From Candidatus Gottesmanbacteria bacterium (GTDB lineage: Bacteria > Patescibacteriota > Microgenomatia > UBA10105 > UBA927), in the NCBI GenBank assembly GCA_030679255.1, contig JAUXTO010000025.1:8719-72718 (forward strand): a stretch of DNA of 64,000 nucleotides, in the 5' to 3' direction. Below, piece after piece: positions 9,799 to 19,651 of this stretch (its first letter is position 1; each line of letters begins with the position of its first letter). The notes beneath the pieces were generated by a model. That model did not search any database. It worked only from the letters and a program-made list of their open reading frames with translations, and was not told where the DNA came from. The position numbers were made by a program, and so were the translations under genes.

Positions 9799-10115
9799 AG
9801 AATGTAACGATAGATTTTAGTAAAAGAAATGGATTGGTACCCGCTATTATTCAGGATTTTCAAAGCGGAGTTGTTTACATGCTCGGATATATGAATAAAG
9901 AAGCGTTCGAAAAAACAAAGGAAACCAGTTGGGTATATTTTTGGAGCAGAAGCAGAGAATGTTTATGGATGAAGGGAGAAGAATCAGGAAATAAACTAAG
10001 AGTAAAAGAGATTCTTATTGATTGTGATAACGATACAATTTTAGTAAAGATCAAATTGGATGGAAAAAACGCGTGTCACACAGGCAATATAACATGTTTT
10101 AATACGAAATTGTGA
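9795..10115 (+). CDS. hisI: Phosphoribosyl-AMP cyclohydrolase
   Basis: [24 protein letters not shown]. Confidence 0.95.
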   Translation: MKNVTIDFSKRNGLVPAIIQDFQSGVVYMLGYMNKEAFEKTKETSWVYFWSRSRECLWMKGEESGNKLRVKEILIDCDNDTILVKIKLDGKNACHTGNITCFNTKL

Positions 10116-10122
10116 GGAATAT

Positions 10123-10422
10123 ATGACATTAGAAGAACTATATAAAATTATCAAAGATCGTAAAAAGAACATGCCAGCAGGTTCTTATGTCGCTTCTCTT
10201 TTTCGGGGCGATGGAGATCGCATTGCTCAAAAGGTGGGAGAAGAAGCAATGGAAGTGCTGATTGCGGCGAAGAACGAGAGTAAATTACGCCAAGTCGAAG
10301 AGTTTACCGATCTTTTCTTTCACGCGCTGATTCTCATGGCACAACTCAATATATCGCTTATCGATATTTCTCGTGAGTTATCCAGACGAAATAAATCAAA
10401 AACAAAACGCGTGATACAATAG
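10123..10422 (+). CDS. hisE: Phosphoribosyl-ATP pyrophosphatase
   Basis: SYVASL, KVGEEA.E, DLFFH. Confidence 0.95.
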   Translation: MTLEELYKIIKDRKKNMPAGSYVASLFRGDGDRIAQKVGEEAMEVLIAAKNESKLRQVEEFTDLFFHALILMAQLNISLIDISRELSRRNKSKTKRVIQ

Positions 10423-10427
10423 CCCAT

Positions 10428-11627
10428 ATGGACCTACTAAAAAATATAGACGCCCTTCTCATTACTAACCCGACGAATATCCGGTATCTCACTGGATTCG
10501 TCGGTGCGGCGCCGGAGGAGAGGGAAGCATACTGCTTGCTTACCAACTCTCAAACGTATCTCTTCATTAATGCGCTTTATACTGAATACGCAAATACACT
10601 TGTTTCACCATCTAAGCAAGGCAGTAATAATCCAATAATCCAATTCTCAAATAATCCAATAAAAATAGTCAAAATTTCCCGCGGGGAACCTTTTGCAAAA
10701 AAACTTGGTGATGTTCTGAAAAGGTCTCACCTTGCCAAACCGCAAGGTGAGACCTTAAAAGGAATTCGCCTCGGATTTGAAGAGAGCAACTTGACCGTCG
10801 CAGAATTCGAAAAATTAAAAAAAGAATTGCCCGGCATCACCCTTGTCCCAACACAAAACAGAATTGAAGAACTCCGGATGATCAAGCGCGATGATGAAAT
10901 CGAAAACATCCGACAGGCTGCAAAGATTACGGATCAGTGTTTTACCTATCTTACCACCATACTAAAACCTCGTGTTACTGAACTTGAAATCGCCTGGAAA
11001 ATCGAGTCCTTCATTCGCTCCCGCGGCGCGGGTCTTGCCTTCTCCCCCATCGTCGCGTTTGGCTCAAACACCTCGCAACCGCACTATTCACCAAAATCTA
11101 GCCTTAAAAGGTCTCACCTTTTAAGGCTAAAAAATCAAGATATTGTGCTACTGGATTTCGGCGCGAAGATTAACGGCTACTGCAGCGACATGACCCGCAT
11201 GGTGTTTATTGGCAAACCCGAGGCTGAATGGGTGAACGCTTACGAAACGGTTTCGAGAGCGCAAACCATGGCTCTCGAGTATCTAGCCTCAAGGCCTGGC
11301 CTTGAGGCTACGGGTGATAAAGTCGATCAGATCGCACGGGATATCATTGAAAATGCAGGGTTCCCTACCTATCCCCACTCTCTGGGTCACGGGGTGGGAT
11401 TGGATATTCATGAAGCACCACGATTGAGAACCAATCCTTCAATAAATTCAGAACAACCAGTTACATCCCGCGCTTCGCAAAGACTCATGCCCGGCATGGT
11501 CGTCACGGTTGAGCCAGGAATATATATCGAAGGACAGTATGGCGTACGCCTCGAGGATTTGATACTCTTGAAAGAAGACGGGATTGAATTACTATCAAAA
11601 TCAAATAAACATATCACTATACTTTAG
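10428..11627 (+). CDS. Xaa-Pro aminopeptidase (M24B) with several in-frame repeat insertions
   Basis: DFGA..GYCSDMTR, HSLGHGVGLDIHE, TVEPGIY, GVRLED. Confidence 0.9.
   Translation: MDLLKNIDALLITNPTNIRYLTGFVGAAPEEREAYCLLTNSQTYLFINALYTEYANTLVSPSKQGSNNPIIQFSNNPIKIVKISRGEPFAKKLGDVLKRSHLAKPQGETLKGIRLGFEESNLTVAEFEKLKKELPGITLVPTQNRIEELRMIKRDDEIENIRQAAKITDQCFTYLTTILKPRVTELEIAWKIESFIRSRGAGLAFSPIVAFGSNTSQPHYSPKSSLKRSHLLRLKNQDIVLLDFGAKINGYCSDMTRMVFIGKPEAEWVNAYETVSRAQTMALEYLASRPGLEATGDKVDQIARDIIENAGFPTYPHSLGHGVGLDIHEAPRLRTNPSINSEQPVTSRASQRLMPGMVVTVEPGIYIEGQYGVRLEDLILLKEDGIELLSKSNKHITIL
10721..10756. repeat. REP doublet (inverted AAGGTCTCACCTT), in frame
   Basis: AAGGTCTCACCTTG...CAAGGTGAGACCTT. Confidence 0.85.
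11099..11129. repeat. RAYT-associated REP palindrome, in frame (SLKRSHLLRL)
   Basis: TAGCCTTAAAAGGTCTCACCTTTTAAGGCTA. Confidence 0.9.
11284..11310. repeat. REP variant, in frame (LASRPGLEA)
   Basis: TAGCCTCAAGGCCTGGCCTTGAGGCTA. Confidence 0.8.
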
Positions 11628-11658
11628 ACTTTAAAATTAAAACGTTAAACTTTTTTCT

Positions 11659-12087
11659 ATGAATTGGCTCGGACTCTTACTCATCTCTATTACCGGTTAT
11701 GGCGTAAGCAATACGCTTGTCCGCTACTATTCTACCCGCATTTCTCCGCTTGCAGGGGCTATCCTTCTTTCGGCCGGCGCATTGGCAACCGCATTGGTTG
11801 TATTATTTATACAAACAATCACTGGCGGAAAAATCCCGACACTTGGAAAAGATACGGTCATCACCGGACTCTTATCCGGAATGTTTTTTACCGGAGCAGT
11901 ACTTCTGTTTAACACGACTCTTTCCAGAAGTGTACCGCTTTCCATCGCCGTCCCCATCCTCGTCGGTGGTATTGGCGTTGCGGGTGTCATCTCCGGAGTT
12001 GCCGTATTTCATGAATCATTGTCCGTCATGAAATTCATCGGCGTGAGCGTCATACTCGTGGGCACCGTCTTGCTTGCCAAAGGATAA
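11659..12087 (+). CDS. Single-domain EamA/DMT membrane protein
   Basis: About 5 TM helices; FHESLSVMKFIG motif. Confidence 0.75.
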   Translation: MNWLGLLLISITGYGVSNTLVRYYSTRISPLAGAILLSAGALATALVVLFIQTITGGKIPTLGKDTVITGLLSGMFFTGAVLLFNTTLSRSVPLSIAVPILVGGIGVAGVISGVAVFHESLSVMKFIGVSVILVGTVLLAKG

Positions 12088-12092
12088 CACCT

Positions 12093-13298
12093 ATGATCAC
12101 ACCACAAACACTCAAAGGATTTCGCGATTTCTTGCCGGCTGACGCGCTCAAGCGGCAATACGCCATCAACATCATTCGGCGTACATTCGAGTCTTTTGGA
12201 TTTGAGCCTCTGGAAACTCCCGCTCTTGAATACTTGGAAACATTTGCCGGCAATATCGGTGAGGATGAAAAATTATTTTTCAAATTTAAAGACCAGGGCG
12301 ACCGGGATGTGGCGCTTCGGTACGATCAAACGGTCCCGACCTGCCGTGTCATCGCCCAATATCCGGATAAAATATCCCTCCCTTTTAAACGCTATCAGAT
12401 CCAGACAGTTTGGCGGGCCGAAAAACCCCAGCGGGGACGCTTCCGTGAATTTTTGCAGTGCGACGCAGACATCTTCGGCGTTGACCACCGCGCGGCGGAC
12501 GGCGAAACGATTGCCCTCACGATCCAAATATTTAAAAATTTAGGGTTTAAAAATCCGACCGCCATCATCAATGACCGCGCGCTCTACCAAGGTGTCCCGT
12601 ATAAAGCAATTGTCGCGATAGATAAGCTTGCCAAAATCGGAGAAGACGGCGTTGTTGCCGAACTCATAAAAAAGGAATATACGGAAAAAGACGCAAGAAC
12701 ACTTTTAGATACCGTCAAAAACAGCAAACCCAACGACGCTCTCAAAACGATATTCGCGTTTCTTGATGCGTATGGCATGAAAGAACAGTATCGCTTTGAG
12801 CCCACGCTTGCCCGGTCGTTTAATTACTCGACCGGCACCATCTGGGAAATTGTCGATCCCGCCTTCACCGCCGGTTCCATGGCCGGATGCGAACGCTTTG
12901 ACAGTCTCGTCGGAAAATTCAGTAACCGAAACGTACCCGCTGTCGGGTTTGCCGTTGGATTTGACCGGACGATGGTCGCCATGGAAGAACTCGGGTTATT
13001 CCCCGCCGTCACGACGACCACCGCCGTCCTCGTTACAATTTTTTCGGAAAACTCGCTTGCCGCATCACAATCCATGACACAAACACTCCGCGGGGCCGGG
13101 ATTAACACGGATCTCTATCCGGATCCGAACACGAAACTCGAAAAACAACTCAAGTACGCCGATCGAAAAGGCATCCCGTATGTTGTAATTCAAGGGCCGG
13201 AGGAAGTCTCACGGGGCGTTGTAAAATTAAAAGACATGAAAGCCAAGACGCAAGTAGAAATGACGGTTGAAAAAATTATTCAAAAACTTAAATCTTAA
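12093..13298 (+). CDS. hisS: Histidyl-tRNA synthetase
   Basis: KGFRDFLP, LRYDQTVP, RAEKPQRGRFREF, AVGFAVGFDR, anticodon-binding domain. Confidence 0.95.
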   Translation: MITPQTLKGFRDFLPADALKRQYAINIIRRTFESFGFEPLETPALEYLETFAGNIGEDEKLFFKFKDQGDRDVALRYDQTVPTCRVIAQYPDKISLPFKRYQIQTVWRAEKPQRGRFREFLQCDADIFGVDHRAADGETIALTIQIFKNLGFKNPTAIINDRALYQGVPYKAIVAIDKLAKIGEDGVVAELIKKEYTEKDARTLLDTVKNSKPNDALKTIFAFLDAYGMKEQYRFEPTLARSFNYSTGTIWEIVDPAFTAGSMAGCERFDSLVGKFSNRNVPAVGFAVGFDRTMVAMEELGLFPAVTTTTAVLVTIFSENSLAASQSMTQTLRGAGINTDLYPDPNTKLEKQLKYADRKGIPYVVIQGPEEVSRGVVKLKDMKAKTQVEMTVEKIIQKLKS

Positions 13299-13355
13299 TT
13301 TCATAAGGCCACCCCTTGCAAACGACAAGGGAGTGGCCTTGTAAGACTCCTGCCC

Positions 13356-14285
13356 ATGAATCATCGATACACCGCTTATTTTCTCCTTTTGATAGTCTCC
13401 ATCATCTGGGGCGTCGCCGGACCGGTCATCAAATTTACCCTCTCGTCATTCCCACCGATTATTTTCCTTACCTACCGTTTCGCATTAGCATCTGCTCTGG
13501 GTGCTACCCTTTGGGCGATCCGGCCGCCGCAGTTTCGACTTAAAGCCAATACGGTTCCCCATATTATTGCCCACAGCGTCCTTGCCGTCCCATTGGGCCT
13601 CGGCCTCCTTTTCTTTGGATTTGATAAAACATCCTCGCTCACCGGATCCGTCATATCCGCAACCGGTCCGATTATGGTGGCAATTGCAGGGATGTTACTC
13701 CTCAAAGAACACATCACGAAGCCGGAGCGTATAGGAATATTCTTGGCGCTCCTTGGCACGCTCATTATTACGGTAGGTCCGATGGTGGGAGGTAATGGGC
13801 ATGCGTTGATTTCAATAGAAGGCAATCTGCTCATCATCGTCTCGCTTGCCGCCGACGCGATCGCCACGGTGATCGCCAAAGTCTCGCTTCGGGACCGCGT
13901 ACCCGCGATAGTACTCACCAACATTTCTTTTATGATCGGATTTGTCTGCTTCCTCCCATTTCTCCTCTATACCTACTCAATACAAGAAATCGTGACGACC
14001 ATTGCAAGTGCCCCGCTTTCGGCTCACATCGGAGTCCTCTACATGGCGTTTATCTCGGGGACGCTCGCCTATACACTCCAGAAGCTTGCAATGAAAAGTA
14101 TTGAGGTTGGTGAAGTCGCCGTCTTTAACTACCTCTTCCCCATTTGGGCCGCGCCCCTTGCCCTCTGGTGGCTGGGAGAAAAAATCACCCTCCCCTTTGT
14201 GATTGGCGCCGCAGTGATCGCGACAGGAGTCGTCATTGCGGAGTATAAAAGAAGACAAAAACGGAGACAGAAAAGAAGAAAATAA
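13356..14285 (+). CDS. DMT/EamA family transporter
   Basis: IWG, YRF, two EamA repeats, LGEKIT. Confidence 0.9.
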   Translation: MNHRYTAYFLLLIVSIIWGVAGPVIKFTLSSFPPIIFLTYRFALASALGATLWAIRPPQFRLKANTVPHIIAHSVLAVPLGLGLLFFGFDKTSSLTGSVISATGPIMVAIAGMLLLKEHITKPERIGIFLALLGTLIITVGPMVGGNGHALISIEGNLLIIVSLAADAIATVIAKVSLRDRVPAIVLTNISFMIGFVCFLPFLLYTYSIQEIVTTIASAPLSAHIGVLYMAFISGTLAYTLQKLAMKSIEVGEVAVFNYLFPIWAAPLALWWLGEKITLPFVIGAAVIATGVVIAEYKRRQKRRQKRRK

Positions 14286-14300
14286 CCACAGGTGTCGTAT

Positions 14301-14669
14301 CTACGCCACATCGGAGGTGATAATTTCATTCGTAAAATATTTTTGCTCGCATACATGCCAGGTTTGCAGCGTGCCCCCACGACCATTTCTATACTTTTTT
14401 GCTGTATTTTTACGATGTTCCATCCAATCCCTATCTAATACGTTACGATCATTTATTTTCAAAGTCGAACTTTTCCAACCACATGGATCATCGCTTCCAG
14501 TAGGTGCTATGCAAACAATCTGCATGTGCGTAGCAAGGTCGAATTGAGCGTCTGGTAATGCTATGAGTTTAGAAACGTCACTTGGTGTTACTACTACAGC
14601 TTCTTTCATAGATTTCCCGATCCAATGGGGCAAGAGCATGATCATACTCTCTCCCTGCCCAAAATACAA
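14301..14669 (-). CDS. Hypothetical protein (ORFan)
   Basis: ORF filling the gap between convergent/divergent genes; start uncertain. Confidence 0.4.
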   Translation of the reverse strand: MYFGQGESMIMLLPHWIGKSMKEAVVVTPSDVSKLIALPDAQFDLATHMQIVCIAPTGSDDPCGWKSSTLKINDRNVLDRDWMEHRKNTAKKYRNGRGGTLQTWHVCEQKYFTNEIITSDVA

Positions 14670-14690
14670 ATTGTATGCTATAATTCTTCC

Positions 14691-15002
14691 ATGAAGTCAG
14701 ACATACACCCCAAATGGTACCCAACAGCCGTCGTCTCGTGCCAGTGTGGCAATACGTTTACCGTCGGGGCGTCCAAGCCCGAGATCAAAACCGATATCTG
14801 TGCCAAATGTCATCCGTTCTTCACCGGCGAGATGAAATTCGTCGATGCCTTGGGCAGGGTCGAACGCTTCCAGAATAAACAAAAAGTCGGAGCCGCTATG
14901 GCCAATGCTGTCGCGGATAAAAAGAAAAAGAAAAAAGACCACGAAGAAGCCGCCCGAAACGCCCCGAAATCCCTCAAAGAAATGTTGATGGGACTCAAAT
15001 AG
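14691..15002 (+). CDS. rpmE: 50S ribosomal protein L31
   Basis: MKSDIHPKW..CQCGN..CAKCHPFFTG; TGcTATAAT just upstream. Confidence 0.95.
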   Translation: MKSDIHPKWYPTAVVSCQCGNTFTVGASKPEIKTDICAKCHPFFTGEMKFVDALGRVERFQNKQKVGAAMANAVADKKKKKKDHEEAARNAPKSLKEMLMGLK

Positions 15003-15006
15003 CAAT

Positions 15007-15148
15007 CCAATTAAATTCCAAGCATCAAGTACCAAGCATCAAACAAACGAATACAAATACCAATATACAAACAATTCTCGTTATTACCGTTTATTTTCAT
15101 TTGATGCTTTGATATTGTTTGGTACTTGAATATTGGAATTTGGTGCTT
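15007..15148. repeat. Inverted arms of 7-mer repeats
   Basis: AAATTCCAAGCATCAAGTACCAAGCATCAAA versus TTTGGTACTTGAATATTGGAATTTGGTGCTT. Confidence 0.8.
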
Positions 15149-15862
15149 ATGAATAATGATATCACGATTCTCGAACTCCGTCCCGGACCGGGTGGTGATG
15201 AAGCCAAGATATGGGCCGGCGATCTCATGCGCATGTACACGCGCTACGGGACTATCATGGGCTGGAAAGTAGAGAGCCTTGATGATTTAGTTATCCGCAT
15301 ACGGGGAACAGGCGTATTTACTAAACTCCAATATGAGGCCGGCACCCACCGCGTCCAACGAATCCCGTCTACAGAGCGCCATGGCCGGATCCATACCTCT
15401 ACGGCAACCGTTGCCGTCCTTCCCGAAATTCCGGAAAATGAAGTCACCATCCGCAACGACGACCTCGAGTGGGATTTTTTCCGCTCAGGGGGCAAAGGAG
15501 GACAAAACGTCAATAAGGTGAGTTCGGCCGTCCGACTTCGGCATAAACCCTCAGGCATCGTCGTGGCCTGCCAAACCGAGCGGGACCAATTTCAAAACCG
15601 CAGCGTAGCCCTCTCGATGCTGCGGGCCAAACTCTGGGAACGGGAACTCCTTGCCCGAGAGCAGACGATGACGGAGCAACGAAGTGTGATTGGTCGCGGC
15701 ATGCGCGCGGAAAAAATCCGCACCTATAATTATCCTCAAAACCGCGTCACCGACCACCGCATAAACAAATCCTGGCACAATCTGGAAGATGTTATGAGTG
15801 GAAAAATGCAAAAGATTTCCGAAGTGCTCTCTACTCTCCTTGATTCCCCAACGTCACCGTAA
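15149..15862 (+). CDS. prfA: Peptide chain release factor 1, lacking N-terminal domain
   Basis: GGDEA, HRVQRIPSTE..GRIHTST (PxT), GGQ, KIRTYNYPQNRVTDHR. Confidence 0.85.
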   Translation: MNNDITILELRPGPGGDEAKIWAGDLMRMYTRYGTIMGWKVESLDDLVIRIRGTGVFTKLQYEAGTHRVQRIPSTERHGRIHTSTATVAVLPEIPENEVTIRNDDLEWDFFRSGGKGGQNVNKVSSAVRLRHKPSGIVVACQTERDQFQNRSVALSMLRAKLWERELLAREQTMTEQRSVIGRGMRAEKIRTYNYPQNRVTDHRINKSWHNLEDVMSGKMQKISEVLSTLLDSPTSP

Positions 15863-17033
15863 TATCTTTTTCCTTCTCATCACGCCAGACAGTAAGCTTG
15901 ACGGAATCACCGACTTTTTTCTTACTAATCGATTTTGCCAAATCATTTTTATCATCAAGTTTTGTGCCATCAATTTTGGTTATGACATCTTCTGCTTTGA
16001 GTCCCGCTTTATCAGCCGGCCCTCCCTTTACCACTTCCTGCACATACGCTCCCTCGGGAATTTCGTTAAGGATCGCCGTTTGCCGAGGAATCATACGGTA
16101 CTGCACGCCAAGAAATGGGCGGTTAAACTGACCCGTCGCGTTAAAATTGGCAAGCGCTTCTTTGACCACGTTGATGGGTAGGGCAAATCCGATATTTTGT
16201 CCCTGCGCTGACACCGCCGTATTGACCCCCACCACCTGGCCCGCAGAATTAAGGAGTGGTCCGCCGGAATTACCGGGATTGATCGCCGCGTCCGTCTGGA
16301 TGACGTTATCGAGGCGTTCTGCCGATCCCTCAAAGGGACTGCCTGCGTCTATCCCCCGCCCCACGCCGGAAATGACACCGGTCGTCACGGTATGACGAAA
16401 CTCGCCCAAGGCAGTGCCAATTGCAATCGCCATTTGACCAACTTTTATTTTATCCGAATCCCCCAATTCCACAGTCGGCAGCTCTCGCCCTGATCCGTCA
16501 GCTGACGGAGAAGGGTCAATTTTTAGAATTGCCAAGTCATTACTCGGATCGCGGTAAATCTTCTTAATTTCATAGGTTTTGTCATCTTTCGTGATTACGC
16601 GGTACGTCGCGTCGGTCATCTCGACCACGTGTTTATTGGTGACGATAAGGCCATCGCTCCCCACAATGAAACCTGATCCAATATCCTGCTCAAATTTTTG
16701 GGTTTTACCGGGCCGCCGCTGAAACGGACTAAAGGGATCAAAAGGATTAAACTCGAGGATATCACCGATCCGCCTGTTTTGCGTGATGCCGATTGTGACA
16801 ACGGCAGGAGAGACTTTATCCACGACATCAATGACCACCGATTCCTCCGTCACGACTTTGACTTTTTCATCTTCTGGCAGTGTGATCGTTTTGGAAGTTG
16901 AAAATTGTGGCAGTTTGATGGAAAGATACTTTTCTAAAAACTTCCAGTTGAGGCCAAACTGGCCGGAGCTCACCACGGCACCGCTGATCAACGCCAACGC
17001 TGCTACACTGATAAAAAATTTCTGTAACTTCAT
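15831..17033 (-). CDS. htrA: HtrA/DegP serine protease with PDZ
   Basis: GSGFIV, TNKHVV, QTDAAINPGNSGGPL, PDZ. Confidence 0.95.
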   Translation of the reverse strand: MKLQKFFISVAALALISGAVVSSGQFGLNWKFLEKYLSIKLPQFSTSKTITLPEDEKVKVVTEESVVIDVVDKVSPAVVTIGITQNRRIGDILEFNPFDPFSPFQRRPGKTQKFEQDIGSGFIVGSDGLIVTNKHVVEMTDATYRVITKDDKTYEIKKIYRDPSNDLAILKIDPSPSADGSGRELPTVELGDSDKIKVGQMAIAIGTALGEFRHTVTTGVISGVGRGIDAGSPFEGSAERLDNVIQTDAAINPGNSGGPLLNSAGQVVGVNTAVSAQGQNIGFALPINVVKEALANFNATGQFNRPFLGVQYRMIPRQTAILNEIPEGAYVQEVVKGGPADKAGLKAEDVITKIDGTKLDDKNDLAKSISKKKVGDSVKLTVWRDEKEKDITVTLGNQGE

Positions 17034-17046
17034 ACGTTCCTCCTGA

Positions 17047-18330
17047 TTATTTTAATAACACTTCCACCGCTTTTGCAAGCTGCGCATCCGTAGTCGCCGT
17101 ATACGCATCATCAAGTTTTACCTCTATATCCGGCTTGACCCCCACTTTGGCGATCGTTTCCCCTTTGGGAAGAAGCCACTTGCCCGTCGTGATATGAAGT
17201 CCCGCCCCGCCACGCAGTTCCTGTGGTGTCTGGACGGATCCTTTGCCGAATGTGGTTTCCCCGACGATCGTCGCGCGTTTATAGTCCCGGAGTGCCCCTG
17301 CGACGATTTCAGCGGCCGACGCGCTGCCGCGGTTAACGAGGACGACGAGCGGAATATCCAAGAGCTTTCCTTTCTTGTCTACCGGATAATCCTGTTTCGT
17401 TCCGTCACTATTTTTTTGTGAGACGACTACTCCGCTTTTGATAAATTCGCTCGCGATAAATACTGAGCCGTCCAGGTACCCACCCGGATTATTCCGGAGA
17501 TCAAAGATGAGCCCGGCGAGCGGACCATTTGTGCGTTGTTTGTCCAATATCTCCGCCACCGTTTTATCCCAATCTTCATTACTATGGTCCCCAAACCGGG
17601 AAAGACGGATATACGCAACCATTTTGGATGCATCAAGTTTGGCGGCATCAGCAGTACCGGATATTTCTGTGATCTCACGTACCTTTTTCACCCAACTCTC
17701 GACCGATGGCACGAGAATGGTTTGGCGCGTGATCGTCATATCAACGGGTTTCTGGCTGTTGTCATGGAGAATATTCAGTTTGACCGATGTCCCGCCTACC
17801 CCGCGGATTTTCGTCACCGCCTGCGGTACCGTCCAGCCCACCGTGTCCACATCATCGACTTTCAAAATATAATCGCCGGGTTTGATACCAGCCCGCTCTG
17901 CGGGTGTACCTTTGAGTGGGGCGATCACAATAATCCGGCTATCTTTCATCCCCAATTGGGCCCCGATTCCTTCAAACTCACCAGCGAGATCCTCCTTCAC
18001 ATCTTTATTTTCTTTCGGGGGAAGGAATACCGTGTATGGGTCACCTGCGGAGGCGACCATGCCGGAGATTGCTCCCCATACCATCTTTTGGGTATCCAAT
18101 CCAGCGGCATCGATGTAGTAACGGAACATCCGCTGCCATACGTCCCAAAAAAGGGAAAAGTCGACCGGGGTCGTGTCTTTGGCAGATTCCTGGTTGATGA
18201 CGATCCGTTTATCCCCGGTGACAGAAACACCTGCTTTCCGCTGCCCTAAATTGTATCCGATGCCACCCGCGAGGATGAGAAACGCGAAGAGTATGACGTA
18301 TTTACGGATGGAGGAAAATGGCAGGGTCAT
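17047..18330 (-). CDS. ctpA: S41 carboxy-terminal processing protease
   Basis: DPYT, PDZ, DLRNNPGG, SASAAEI, TFGKGSVQ. Confidence 0.95.
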   Translation of the reverse strand: MTLPFSSIRKYVILFAFLILAGGIGYNLGQRKAGVSVTGDKRIVINQESAKDTTPVDFSLFWDVWQRMFRYYIDAAGLDTQKMVWGAISGMVASAGDPYTVFLPPKENKDVKEDLAGEFEGIGAQLGMKDSRIIVIAPLKGTPAERAGIKPGDYILKVDDVDTVGWTVPQAVTKIRGVGGTSVKLNILHDNSQKPVDMTITRQTILVPSVESWVKKVREITEISGTADAAKLDASKMVAYIRLSRFGDHSNEDWDKTVAEILDKQRTNGPLAGLIFDLRNNPGGYLDGSVFIASEFIKSGVVVSQKNSDGTKQDYPVDKKGKLLDIPLVVLVNRGSASAAEIVAGALRDYKRATIVGETTFGKGSVQTPQELRGGAGLHITTGKWLLPKGETIAKVGVKPDIEVKLDDAYTATTDAQLAKAVEVLLK

Positions 18331-18334
18331 AAAA

Positions 18335-18431
18335 AATAAACGAATAATGGAATAATCTACTATACGAATAATAGAATAAAATTGCAATTCCTCATTATTC
18401 GCTTATTTCTTATTCGTTTATTCGCTTATTC
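18335..18431. repeat. Inverted arms of 8-mer repeats
   Basis: AATAAACGAATAATGGAATAA versus TTATTCGTTTATTCGCTTATTC. Confidence 0.75.
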
Positions 18432-18434
18432 AGT

Positions 18435-18680
18435 TCAGGCTCTCACGACATAAGGCAAGAGCGCCATAAACCGTGCACGTTTCACTTCGCGGGTCACTGC
18501 CCGCTGATGGGTACTGCAAATACCCGTTCGCGCTCGGCCCAAAAGTTTACCGCGCTCGCTTGCAAACCGGCCAATCGCCGCAACATCTTTATAATCCGGC
18601 ACGGTTTTATTTTTACAAAAACCACAGTTGGTCGGTACCGGGCGTTCTTTTATCTGAAATCGGTTACTTCGTTTCATCAT
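18435..18680 (-). CDS. rpsR: 30S ribosomal protein S18
   Basis: CGFC, DYKD, SERGK..R.RTG.C..HQR. Confidence 0.95.
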   Translation of the reverse strand: MMKRSNRFQIKERPVPTNCGFCKNKTVPDYKDVAAIGRFASERGKLLGRARTGICSTHQRAVTREVKRARFMALLPYVVRA

Positions 18681-18686
18681 ATAGTT

Positions 18687-18785
18687 GCGATACCAATCTA
18701 CGAATGCATACTAATGCAACGAATAAAATCTCACGCTCTTCTTTATTCGTATCATTGGCATCAATTCGTTGATTCGCATCGGATC
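18687..18785. repeat. Inverted degenerate repeat hairpin
   Basis: AATCTACGAATGCATACTAATGCAACGAATAAA versus TTTATTCGTATCATTGGCATCAATTCGTTGATT. Confidence 0.7.
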
Positions 18786-18791
18786 TGTTCG

Positions 18792-19340
18792 TTAAAACGG
18801 TATATCATCCGGATTGACTTCTTCTTTCCCCTCCGGTGGTTTCACGGTTTTCGTATCATCCGGTGCCTGCTTGACGCTAGGCTGAGCAACACTTTGTGTG
18901 GTTCCAGATGGCGGTGGTGTCGATATTCCGGCCGCACTCCCCGCATGACTACTGCCGCTTTCTGATCCTGTATCTGCGCTACTCACTTCTTCTCCCGCCG
19001 GACGGCGAGAGTCCAAGAGTATCATATCCTCGATAACCACCTCTGTCGTCGTCCGCTGACTGCCGTCTTGCCCGGTCCAGGCGGCCGTCCGCAGTCTGCC
19101 TTCCACATAAATCTTCCGGCCTTTGGTGAGAAGCTGGCTACAAAGCTCAGCAAGCTTGTTCCAGGCGACCACGCGGTGAAACTCAACTTCTTCCTTTTTT
19201 TCTCCTGCCTCCGTCGTCCAATACCGGTTGGTAGCCAGACCAATGGTGCAGACTGCCGCGCCGCTTGGCGTATACCGGAGTTCCGGATCACGCGTCAAAT
19301 TTCCGATAAGTTCAACCTTGTTTAAGCTTCGTGATGCCAT
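18792..19340 (-). CDS. ssb: Single-stranded DNA-binding protein
   Basis: NKVELIGNLTRDPELRYT ... DDIPF. Confidence 0.97.
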   Translation of the reverse strand: MASRSLNKVELIGNLTRDPELRYTPSGAAVCTIGLATNRYWTTEAGEKKEEVEFHRVVAWNKLAELCSQLLTKGRKIYVEGRLRTAAWTGQDGSQRTTTEVVIEDMILLDSRRPAGEEVSSADTGSESGSSHAGSAAGISTPPPSGTTQSVAQPSVKQAPDDTKTVKPPEGKEEVNPDDIPF

Positions 19341-19341
19341 G

Positions 19342-19617
19342 TTATTTCACCGTCAACATAAATCGCAAATAATCCGTACCCATACGTGCCTCTTTTTCCA
19401 AATCCGCAGTTTTGAGTGTGCCTTCAATCGTGGCCAATACATAGATCCCCTCATTCATCTTTTTGATGGGAAAGGCAAGCGTTCGCTTTCCCCATACGGA
19501 AACGGCCGACACAACCCCACCGGCTTTCACCAAGAGTTTATTGATTAACTCCACTGCTTTCTTTTCCGTGACGTCCAAGTCCGGCCGGATAATGAGCATA
19601 AGTTCGTAGGTTTTCAT
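19342..19617 (-). CDS. rpsF: 30S ribosomal protein S6
   Basis: YELMLIIRPD, WGKRTLAFPIKK. Confidence 0.95.
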   Translation of the reverse strand: MKTYELMLIIRPDLDVTEKKAVELINKLLVKAGGVVSAVSVWGKRTLAFPIKKMNEGIYVLATIEGTLKTADLEKEARMGTDYLRFMLTVK

Positions 19618-19651
19618 GATCCGCCCATGATATCACGGCTAAATATAAATC

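Noticed and set aside
12093-13298. hisZ
   Set aside because: It has the anticodon-binding domain and HisG is the long form, so it is hisS.
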